Notes under the pieces: generated by a model
Seen by the model: only the letters and a program-made list of their open reading frames with translations
What the model was told of the DNA's origin: nothing
Database searches by the model: none
Position numbers and translations under genes: made by a program
Shown: positions 51,601-56,799 of the stretch, one piece after another
Numbering within the stretch: position 1 is the first letter of the stretch
How the letters are laid out: each line of letters starts with the position of its first letter
IMG/VR virus record: IMGVR_UViG_3300049783_001292
Coordinates: 1-56,799 of that record
Source of the DNA: a virus
Taxonomy: Duplodnaviria > Caudoviricetes
Strand: one strand, 5' to 3'
Length of the DNA: 56,799 nt

Positions 51601-54301
51601 TATCAATAAGTTTATTCGTACCATTCAAGACAAGTTCAAGCCGTTAAAAACCGTTCAAAATATTATCGAGAAGTCGGGCAAAAAAATATCAGACCAAGAA
51701 AATGCTTATGTTGCTGAAGAGCTATTTCACGGTAAGGCCGAGGAAGATTTGCGCAAGATGGAGCAAGATTATGTTCAGCCGTTAGTGGATGCGCTAATGA
51801 AAAGCAAAGTCGATATGAACGAGTTAGATCTTTATCTAATGGCCAAGCATGCCAAAGAGCGTAACGCCGTAGTCTCGAGTAAGAATGATGCGTTTGATGG
51901 TGAAAGCGGTAGTGGTATGACGAACGACGAAGCGCAAGCGATACTTGATAAAGCAACTGGTGACGGTAGAACAAAGGCGCTTGAAGAAGTCGCGCAAAAA
52001 GTTTACGCCATGACCAAAGCAAGGCGCGATATTTTGAGTAAAAACGGGCTACTAAGTGACAATGAACTTGATAGCTGGGAAAGCACCTATGAAAACTACA
52101 TACCATTAAAAGGCTTTGCTAACGATGAAGTGGACAGTAGTGGCAAGGGTATCCCAAGAGCAGGGCAAGGTTTTGCTATTCGTGGTAATGAGTCAATCAG
52201 GGCGCTAGGTCGCAGAACAATGGCCGCAAGCCCGTCAACGCAAGTTATCCAAGACTTAACCGAGTCAATCATTCGTCATAGAAAAAATGAAGTGGGCAAT
52301 GCGTTTCTTAAGCTTGTTAACGGCAATCCAAATAAAGAGTTCTGGCAAGTATTTACTGACAGCAACCCTGAAATTGACAGACGTTACAACAAGCAAACGG
52401 GGCGCGTAGAAGAAACCAGAATGCCTATGGCTATGATGGCAGATCAATACTTCACAACGAAAGTCGATGGTGAAACGCATTACATTAAGATAGAAGATCA
52501 GCGTTTAATGAGCGCAATGAAAAACTTAGGTGTTGATAAAAGCAATGGTGTTGTTCAAACGTTGGGGACAATCAACCGCTATCTATCGACAATCAACACA
52601 AGTTTTAACCCTGAATTTGTTATCTCCAACATGGCGCGTGATGTTCAAACGGCGGTATTTAACGTATTAGCTGAACAAGACTTGCCACAAGGAAAAATCA
52701 AAGGCAAAAATATTGCTAAGGATATGGTCAAAGGTTGGGTCCATGCGCGTAAAGGTATATCGCTAAGTTTATCGAATAAAAAAATAGAGCGGGACAGTAA
52801 CGGCAAGCCGACAACTAAAGCGGGTGAGTATCAAGAGTTGTTCGAGCAGTTCAGACAAGATGGCGCCAAAACGGGTTATTTTGATATGAAGGATATGGAC
52901 CAGCAAGTCAGTGAAATTAACAACATGCTTGAAATGTCTAGCGACTCTAAAAAAGGTGCAGTATTAAGGTTCGCTAAAAAAGCCGGTGACTTTATCGAAA
53001 ACGCTAACCAGGCGGTAGAAAATGCGGTGAGGTTAAGCGCATATAAAGAAGCCATTGATGCAGGGATCAGCAGACAAAAAGCAGCAAGTTTGGCCAAAAA
53101 CTTAACGGTGAACTTTAACCGTAAAGGTGAAGCCGGTACCACAATGAATGCGCTTTATATGTTCGCTAATGCCAGTGTACAAGGTACGGCGCAATTTTTA
53201 CGCAGCATGCAAGGTTACCGCGACACCGAGGGTAACTATAAATTTACTGGCGCACAAAAAGCAGCCGCAGGGTTTGCCGCTGCCGGTTTTGCTTTAGCGG
53301 CCATTAACCGAGCCTTTTCAGATGAAGATGATGATGGTGTCAGTTTTTGGGACAAAGTACCTGATCATGTAAAAGAGCGAAACATTGTCGTTATGAAGTC
53401 TGTTTTCGGCCAAGATGATAAGCCTGGTGATTATTATTCGATACCGCTACCTTACGGCTATAACATCTTTAGCGTGTTTGGCACATCGGCCGAGAGTGTG
53501 GCCCAGGGAAATAAAACAACAATTGAAGCATCAAGTAATATTGTTGGCGCCTTAATTGGTTCATTCTCGCCTATTGGTTCACAAGGCAGTGGTAGCACGA
53601 TCAATGGTGTGGTCAAGTCTATTAGCCCGACAATTATTTCGCCTTTTGTACAGCTAGCCGTAAACGAAAACTTTTATGGTGGCAGTATTTATCGTGAGAA
53701 TTACGAGTTTGGCACTCAACGACCTGATAGTTCACTCGCTAAACGTGGTACCCATGAAGCTTACAAGGCAGTTGCCTCATGGCTAAACGATGCTACTGGT
53801 GGTAGTTATTATCGTAGTGGTGTTATTGATATAAACCCTGAAGTATTCGCGCATTTAATCGATTTTACTACAGGTGCCGCCGGAACATTTGTTACACGAA
53901 CAGCAAATGCCGGTGCAAAATTATCGAAAGGTGAGGATTTTGATTCTAGAGAGGTGCCTTTTTATCGCAAACTTAATGGTGAGGTTAATGATAGTTGGGG
54001 TGATCAAGATAAATTCTACGAGCGCGGTAACCTAATAAAGCAATCGTTTGACGAGTACAGCTCATTAAAAGGCAGTGACCGCAATGAGTTTAAACGAGAA
54101 AATAAAGGTAAGTTAGTTATGATCAATCACGTTAAGGTCACTGAAAAACAACTAACCGCATTAAGAAAGCGCTATAGAGCGGTAGAAGCAAGCAAAACGA
54201 TTTCAGCTAGCGCCAAGATCAAACAGCTTGAAACTATCAGAAAGCATCAGGACCGATTAGTCGATAAGTTTAACTTGAGGTACAACACTATGAATAAATA
54301 A
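42632..54301 (+). CDS. Giant polyvalent virion protein (DarB-like): PPase domain, N6-adenine MTase, strawberry-notch SF2 helicase, zincin metallopeptidase, LPD38-like C-terminus
   Basis: IENPQGS...GADGDALDV...DEHKIMLG; EPTAGNG and NPPF; GDQTGVGKGR, DESH, SAT, AGSTGLSLH, QMLGRANRTGQ; HETYGHH; IPLPYGY...ENFYG. Confidence 0.9.
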   Translation: MTDLNKYAKDSGYFDQVKPEDDRYEFTKGVTSALSSTVSGGKALVGAVTGDENLQLRSLDDMRQNSTDNAGKVGRIEDIEGVGDFTDWLSYNLGSGTASIATMVAGGGLGGLALKGAAKGALVNAGKTLGATSTGFAPNYGESLQSAYGTTGEIKNQAALASASIKTALDFIVPAKLLKAGIGKEASKEYSEIAKQKMINDKGFVTWAKEALKTGKTEAFTEGLQTYTDQVMNNILTEGDNPLAVRSGSEIFNAMAAGGAGSMGIGAYSGYQQNRNAEALRNQSSDVNGQVDDLWELAQTDEVASKRVNQWQQKRSDVAKTGVRDLIAQGASPEEANAEMRKSLILSAKKQGMSDLNAISSADNALTMTEVEIMQDNAPEFFEELNGSEASVDYDVPTAARNAGAKNDLEAGKFGEALESGEPLTIPNREAPKGKENADYDVPAAARNAGAKNNVEAGKFGDWITSPLQESLGTMKDQTPADMVGEASSNTGYTPQDRTVLEGDVLSKEQSSELVNQRTYTGINGDFIEGESTAAKGKFPTEQEVNQRQGRDKAKADFSEQPAQVTDKNIVYGQDNTREVDGKVAQEKMVDGIKNQPKQITDKNIIFAKDTDELGKVHVKANGKPFKNERLLKISRGYKEAVRQKEPVEVIAHEGGLAWRYQPKSEKSSEATAPISGPKAIDEAAHEAATSPMNDLAEPTIAQAEANNYKLGRIVHSGIKIGIENPQGSYRKGIDGDGKKWSNKINHHYGDVTGSKGADGDALDVFVNPNTESSTNAYIVDQVEPKTGAFDEHKIMLGFDSKDDAEKAYLSNYDKGWKGVGAISEVPIETFKGWVEKGNTIQAYKKPDTPQEQTPQETASQKAVVVSEAKETDVNLTSEGDIPQETDMFGDSAPVEPKSQSKIKIGKIDTDDWAEHLEDADGDIEQAKQDYNDSSLEAIDYGINEIDSIDSPSQVALAADEIQKYIDAGVTGYDEIAVNRILRANKKLNKVQEPETAQDSEPSWKEWMGKDEQAQLSVTARAIGDLEERIVLASEPFSKKKYQKELAERNEQREMLLSGMTIEEILKNQKATETLGGETGVIQGIERTTTESLNDEAEQASGPISGNRKLLDFMVQEIKKSYIANNNDLKAVGKRYYGLEKALDVTPQQLKLLQEAFETVNVIKRRASTQNLLGTLKNKDAAVLKVFNGHVKAYEGQPNLDVRTKKSVEFQAYSTPSPMSFLSNIAAGVDANSTVFEPTAGNGLLLLTSAPENTFANELDPVRADSLAYTGFNVTMKNATNSPFDGWLDGPVDAVLANPPFGRLRDDNGKPTDFTFTDKQGKSRVFKEIDHVIAYQALEAMKDNGKASLILGAPKEASDYKGNNKIFLNWLYQNYNVQHHIEADGKLYKGQGAAWPLQMITINGRALEGTGKFAPIKGQIERLTSWEAIYENYKQSGLLDTNNKQFKLGRKSASNLPDSQGAKVVPLSDRANDTGQSDSGVDGNASSRQARPQAVLPDDRSTGASADASVGFDSQPDIIDTGLVKADSKPKTGRTGNTTSEATDSVGLPGQRPSESIAEQKGHSKAPKQISTKVKKINDFQAEYQTASDGFNDKVLTPVNIASYTQSALIDIQTRHGSIDDFVMARLGYDNKKDLHKAFMGLQADSVALAVDAIEKGRGIIIGDQTGVGKGRQAAGIIRYALENGKTPIFVSQKPNLFTDMYDDLEDVGVKGFTPLIVNQDKGYISKDGKKVFNHSSANRKKLMDKVSANRELPKGYDALFLTYSQISSDKQGTKTSMIDGLLDNAILVMDESHTAAGGASKLGVAFQNFVSKAAGVTYLSATYAKRPDNMLLYMRTDLGLATDNYENLVNAVQNGGLGMQTYIASKLAEAGQMVRRERSFEGISIKDAVIKDASGETAKLFDQTTEALRAIQDTSAYWRSYVERDLANDIQRETGLDTRISGNQSDTAINVTLFSSVVHNYIRQLTLGLKAKESAQLAIKAIKDGKRPVIALESTLGSALKAYMDKYGKVTGDHADSLNFSTMLEAVLDNTLAYSTKEPGEKKGVKTVVSIDAVSDPMVQEMYQQAKAAIKRIDASKIPASPIDTIRHEITKAGYSVAEITGRDLIIDYNDNAKIINRPASEDNRRDTVDRFNTSKLDVIILNQAGSTGLSLHASEKLAKEHQKPRYMVIAEPSLDVNVYMQMLGRANRTGQVVPPSYDNAWLDLPSEKRPAAVIARKMKGLNANTSGNIDSATSVESIDILNEYGDEVVRNYAAENRSMLASYNAKLVSLPEEDAANYFLGKVAVLPVKIQDKVLNEIEAAYKDHIAFLDATGQNQLNTKSLDLEARPISQKIIAESRASAGVFAEPVYLTKVEAKAQGKAPSWSEVSDALAESSQAEFDVATQEMQDDTVYSESLSGRLVQLQEKEAEARSEGKKTDGYATQINGIKERQRDFEADKRQIKNDFSEGGTYSHGAFINVMPNESFEKAVHGVIVGLDYKHETGNPTAKSKWKLKVMVADRMRTIPINLSRAQDGVIQGKRWDSQSNMAKMFDQMSQLPQTETRHIMTGNLVEATTSTAKQGRIVPFSTHDNRVIQGLLLPASFNADEDVKAKSQATTEESVKWLLNVDDDIFASMGLSTNDKAVTVRRKRWEEGYSVEMPKSAAKGKKYWGNEAIEAVIGEQAVKGGGTFSVNLTKEQVMPFAKAMKAINPLSVQGQVQIKSFNKMFGKESNDFAKQDIVFSRDKSAGVVSDSGSVGVSDATTVSQADADIVVDRIISDWDGGSLRKDDFIVVSTFDELPQNIKDAAKDQGAENQVGGVFHRGKTYLVRDKLKDQQEVETTIFHETYGHHGIRKLFGKEIAQKLNQLLVGIGGMKGMDKIAKKYGIDLDAYKEGLAGSTLTNAQAQTILMDELLAHLAENNKPSVMRKVREIIGAVRQWLKNSGFIKLQGVSDSELFYILKQARKAVQGGNGKGGNGDIRFSRVSDVVDKLAPKKQSNTLIANEDEGNINKFIRTIQDKFKPLKTVQNIIEKSGKKISDQENAYVAEELFHGKAEEDLRKMEQDYVQPLVDALMKSKVDMNELDLYLMAKHAKERNAVVSSKNDAFDGESGSGMTNDEAQAILDKATGDGRTKALEEVAQKVYAMTKARRDILSKNGLLSDNELDSWESTYENYIPLKGFANDEVDSSGKGIPRAGQGFAIRGNESIRALGRRTMAASPSTQVIQDLTESIIRHRKNEVGNAFLKLVNGNPNKEFWQVFTDSNPEIDRRYNKQTGRVEETRMPMAMMADQYFTTKVDGETHYIKIEDQRLMSAMKNLGVDKSNGVVQTLGTINRYLSTINTSFNPEFVISNMARDVQTAVFNVLAEQDLPQGKIKGKNIAKDMVKGWVHARKGISLSLSNKKIERDSNGKPTTKAGEYQELFEQFRQDGAKTGYFDMKDMDQQVSEINNMLEMSSDSKKGAVLRFAKKAGDFIENANQAVENAVRLSAYKEAIDAGISRQKAASLAKNLTVNFNRKGEAGTTMNALYMFANASVQGTAQFLRSMQGYRDTEGNYKFTGAQKAAAGFAAAGFALAAINRAFSDEDDDGVSFWDKVPDHVKERNIVVMKSVFGQDDKPGDYYSIPLPYGYNIFSVFGTSAESVAQGNKTTIEASSNIVGALIGSFSPIGSQGSGSTINGVVKSISPTIISPFVQLAVNENFYGGSIYRENYEFGTQRPDSSLAKRGTHEAYKAVASWLNDATGGSYYRSGVIDINPEVFAHLIDFTTGAAGTFVTRTANAGAKLSKGEDFDSREVPFYRKLNGEVNDSWGDQDKFYERGNLIKQSFDEYSSLKGSDRNEFKRENKGKLVMINHVKVTEKQLTALRKRYRAVEASKTISASAKIKQLETIRKHQDRLVDKFNLRYNTMNK

Positions 54302-54386
54302 TGGTGGCGAGGGTGCTTGCTATGACTAGCACACCCCACATTATCCAAAGCGCATATGTTAGACGTTGTAAGTATTTTCTTTTCAT
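54288..54386 (-). CDS. 32-aa single-TM peptide MKRKYLQRLTYALWIMWGVLVIASTLATIIYS, not in the ORF track
   Basis: Translated by hand; TTGCAT-16-TATGAT promoter ends 6 nt before the ATG. Confidence 0.55.
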   Translation of the reverse strand: MKRKYLQRLTYALWIMWGVLVIASTLATIIYS

Positions 54387-54445
54387 ACGTCTATCATAGG
54401 CTTTATATCGAAAAATGCAAAACACTAAACCTATGGGGATATTCA

Positions 54446-55084
54446 CTACATCGACAAGCCTTGCTCTGCTAGTTTATCGACTATCTCTGTCATCATCATT
54501 TTAGTTACCACTTTGTCTTGCAGCAGTGCTAGCATGCCATATCCTTGCAAATGATCTAAGGTCCGAATACTCCTTCCCTGTAAAGCCATGCTAGTTTCAG
54601 GTGTAAGTTTGAGAGTGCTAGTATATACAGTGTCAGGGCCACCACTGACTAACTTTAGTCCATAACTAGATAATAATGCCTCTACGTCGGTAAGCGATGA
54701 TTTACCGAACCCCTCAATCGTTAATAGTTCGAGACTAGAACATAATAACAAGTGGCGTAGTGTGAAAATTCCTTGTTTAACCAGGTGGTTTTTAGTTCTT
54801 GCTGTCAAGTCTAAATCTTCAACAGGCATACTTTCGTCGAAGCCACTAGCGTTAGCTGGTTCTATTTTGCTTTCACTTACAAGGCTTTGTTTTTTAATGT
54901 CCATCAAAAGCTCGAACATGCCGTTCATATTATCAATGGCTTCTTTTATCCAGTAGGTTTTTTCGCTTGAGTAATCTAAGTCCTCAGTTAATTCCTTAGC
55001 TAGTTCGTCAAGCGATTTACAGATAACACCATTATCCGCAAATTTTGGTATTTCATTTAACAGATCAGGTAATTGCTTTTTCAT
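54446..55084 (-). CDS. Novel N-domain plus RNAP alpha-CTD-like domain(s) (paralog 2; start MKKQLP)
   Basis: PVEDLDLTARTKNHL...IFTLRHLL...LLTIEGFGKSSLTDV is a clear alpha-CTD; AAGGA SD. Confidence 0.85.
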   Translation of the reverse strand: MKKQLPDLLNEIPKFADNGVICKSLDELAKELTEDLDYSSEKTYWIKEAIDNMNGMFELLMDIKKQSLVSESKIEPANASGFDESMPVEDLDLTARTKNHLVKQGIFTLRHLLLCSSLELLTIEGFGKSSLTDVEALLSSYGLKLVSGGPDTVYTSTLKLTPETSMALQGRSIRTLDHLQGYGMLALLQDKVVTKMMMTEIVDKLAEQGLSM

Positions 55085-55094
55085 TTTTATTTCC

Positions 55095-56111
55095 TTAGTC
55101 ATTACACATACAAGGCATATCCGAGCCAACATTTAGCTCAGGGTTTGATATTACTTCGCGCCACGAATAACTACGGCCTAGCCCCCTAACCTTTGATGGG
55201 GTCCATATTTTTTCAATAGAAACATAAGCAACAGGTTCGGGCTGCATAAAATCAAGATCAAGACCTCCCCCTTTGACATTTACCTCAATGTCACCAAGTA
55301 GAAAATCAACCTCTTTTTTATCCATATCGGCGATGATACCTATTAAAGAATCATCCTCTATGCGCCGTAATAACTTAGCATCTATATGCCGCCCCCTGGC
55401 ATTGTCCGACTTTAAAAAAGCATCTTCAACTTCTAAAGCCTTTTTTAAAGCTTCAGGTTCGTTAAGTGCCATTTCTCTAATTTCTGGCGCTTTCATGTTA
55501 GGACACATATAACAGCTACTTTTTATCGGCAAAGGTAGTGATGATTTTTTTATTATCTCTATACAATCATCACGGTCAATATCCCAATCCATGAGCGGAT
55601 AAATCACATTGTATTTATCGCAATCAGCATCTTTTCTTCGATGATCCTCACCAGCATCAAAACCAACAACCCTTGTTATCTTGTTTTTGATATCAGTGAG
55701 CTTTCTATATTTCCCCCATGCTTCTTTAGCCGGTAAGTGGTTATTAATAAAAATATCAACTTGCTCAACCTTGAAGCGTAACGAACAGCTTTTACCTGCA
55801 AAAGCTGGGGGTGGTAAAGTGGAGGATTTAAGGCATAGTTCATGGAGCTTAACTTGCTCCTTTGTTTTTCCGTCACGCACATGACAGCGTTTTATTTGAG
55901 GCCAACCAATAGAGAGTAGCCAATTATTTATAATGGTTAAATGTTGGTAAGTTCTTTCGCGCTCTGATCCTGTGTCAGCAAAGACAATTAAATCAGGTTT
56001 TTTTAATCCGCGAGAAAACCATTCTAATATCAGTGCGGTGAAATTAACCCCACCACCACAAGTTAAAACGGTAAAGTTGTTTTGCTGTAAAGCCTGTTCA
56101 GTCGTTAGCAT
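55095..56111 (-). CDS. PAPS-reductase/DndC-like PP-loop protein with Cys cluster
   Basis: CGGGVNFTAL, VFADTGSE, CSLRFK, GFDAGE, YPL, SSCYMCP. Confidence 0.85.
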   Translation of the reverse strand: MLTTEQALQQNNFTVLTCGGGVNFTALILEWFSRGLKKPDLIVFADTGSERERTYQHLTIINNWLLSIGWPQIKRCHVRDGKTKEQVKLHELCLKSSTLPPPAFAGKSCSLRFKVEQVDIFINNHLPAKEAWGKYRKLTDIKNKITRVVGFDAGEDHRRKDADCDKYNVIYPLMDWDIDRDDCIEIIKKSSLPLPIKSSCYMCPNMKAPEIREMALNEPEALKKALEVEDAFLKSDNARGRHIDAKLLRRIEDDSLIGIIADMDKKEVDFLLGDIEVNVKGGGLDLDFMQPEPVAYVSIEKIWTPSKVRGLGRSYSWREVISNPELNVGSDMPCMCND

Positions 56112-56130
56112 GGGAACCCTTTTTGATAAT

Positions 56131-56194
56131 ATTACTATGTAATCAACTCTACATGATTAATATGTAATCATCAATATAAATTACTATGTAATCA
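56131..56194. promoter_or_regulatory. Three palindromic operators ATTA(C/A)TATGTAATC between divergent genes
   Basis: Copies at 56131, 56156 and 56180. Confidence 0.75.
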
Positions 56195-56246
56195 GTATTT
56201 AATTTGATAAAGTATTTGTAATGGTTCAAAAGTAGAGATTAACACA

Positions 56247-56465
56247 TTGGTAAGCGATGAACGCAAGAGGCAAATAGCCGCCGCTGTAAAAGCACATAGA
56301 GAAAAGCAGAAAAAGGAGTCTGGTAGAAAACAGGTTCCTTTAATGCTGACTGATATTGATCGCGAAAATATGTCTACTATAAAGGAAAGGGAGGTCAGTG
56401 TTAAAAATCAGGGTGAAGCTGTTAGTGCGGCTCTCTCTGAATACGTGAAAAAGTACGACAGCTAA
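56247..56465 (+). CDS. Small DNA-binding protein, probably ribbon-helix-helix
   Basis: Basic N-terminal helix, then KQVPLML strand plus two helices (NQGEAVSAAL). Confidence 0.65.
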   Translation: MVSDERKRQIAAAVKAHREKQKKESGRKQVPLMLTDIDRENMSTIKEREVSVKNQGEAVSAALSEYVKKYDS

Positions 56466-56488
56466 AACCCGAAGTTTACCCTGAAATC

Positions 56489-56618
56489 ATCGGTGCCAGA
56501 TCGGTGCCAGATCGGTGCCATAAAATTTTTTGCCCTGTATGTATGATCATGATGATCATACGATCAGTTTTGGCCCTTTCAGCCCTTTAAAAATGTATCG
56601 GTGCCAGATCGGTGCCAG
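56489..56618. promoter_or_regulatory. Integrase arm-type sites (right arm): ATCGGTGCCAG x3 and x2
   Basis: 11-bp tandem units at 56489-56521 and 56597-56618. Confidence 0.75.
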
Positions 56619-56623
56619 ATTAA

Positions 56624-56728
56624 ATGTAGTTACAGTGTAGTTGAGGTGCGTTTTATATGAAAAAACCCTTTAAAAACAAGCGCTTTTAAAGGGTTTTGTG
56701 TGGTGGAGCGGGGGGGAATCGAACCCCC
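56624..56728. repeat. Right att direct repeat
   Basis: Identical to 1-105. Confidence 0.95.
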
Positions 56729-56799
56729 GTCCGAAAAGCCTACATCCTTGGTACTACATGCTTAGTCGATCATTTATTTAACCACTTGGACGCCAACCG
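56701..56799 (-). ncRNA. ssrA: tmRNA 3' portion (truncated by the window edge)
   Basis: Reverse complement reads GACTAAGCATGTAGTACCAAGGATGTAGG...TTCGATT...CTCCACCA, matching the gammaproteobacterial tmRNA 3' end. Confidence 0.93.

Larger units (their letters stand above)
78..56728. mobile_element. Temperate prophage (podovirus-like, 933W/Stx-phage-like organisation) integrated at tmRNA 3' end
   Basis: Integrase at the left end, direct repeats containing the tmRNA 3' end at both ends, and a full set of immunity, replication, lysis, head, tail and ejection genes. Confidence 0.97.

Noticed and set aside
42765-53142. Many 60-150 aa alternative-frame and antisense ORFs inside the giant gene (likewise inside terL, portal, capsid and tail genes)
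   Set aside because: Shadow ORFs of long well-supported genes, with no independent signals.
55095-56111. Complete Dnd/Ssp phosphorothioation system or sulfate-assimilation operon
   Set aside because: No partner genes (dndB/D/E, desulfurase, cysD/N/C) in the window.
56535-56550. CTGTATGTATGATCAT as a LexA box
   Set aside because: The right half-site is CAT rather than CAG, and the sequence is better explained as part of the att-arm palindrome.

Overview
The window is an essentially complete ~56.6-kb temperate prophage with podovirus-type morphogenesis genes (933W/Stx-phage-like gene order, N4-gp56-type capsid), integrated at the 3' end of a gammaproteobacterial tmRNA (ssrA) gene. The tmRNA is partial, on the minus strand at the right end, and a 105-bp direct repeat brackets the element. 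Left to right: integrase/xis; a leftward early operon (adenine MTase, RdgC-FtsK-gamma fusion, YqaJ exonuclease, RecT); an immunity region with a non-cleavable repressor, Cro, seven TCTA-N6-TAGA-type operators and a strong LexA box; O/P-type replication; nin-like genes and Q; lysis; terminase, portal, capsid and tail genes; an outer-membrane beta-barrel moron; ejection proteins; a 3889-aa polyvalent protein (PPase, MTase, strawberry-notch helicase, zincin, LPD38-like); and a terminal accessory module (PAPS-reductase-like enzyme, RNAP alpha-CTD mimic, RHH regulator, leaderless membrane peptide). The most notable observations are two paralogous alpha-CTD mimic proteins, the terminal module, a possible LexA-coupled switch, a possible second Q-type promoter whose terminator lies inside a CDS, and a RyR-domain fusion protein. 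All protein family calls come from motif recognition by eye, without database searches.
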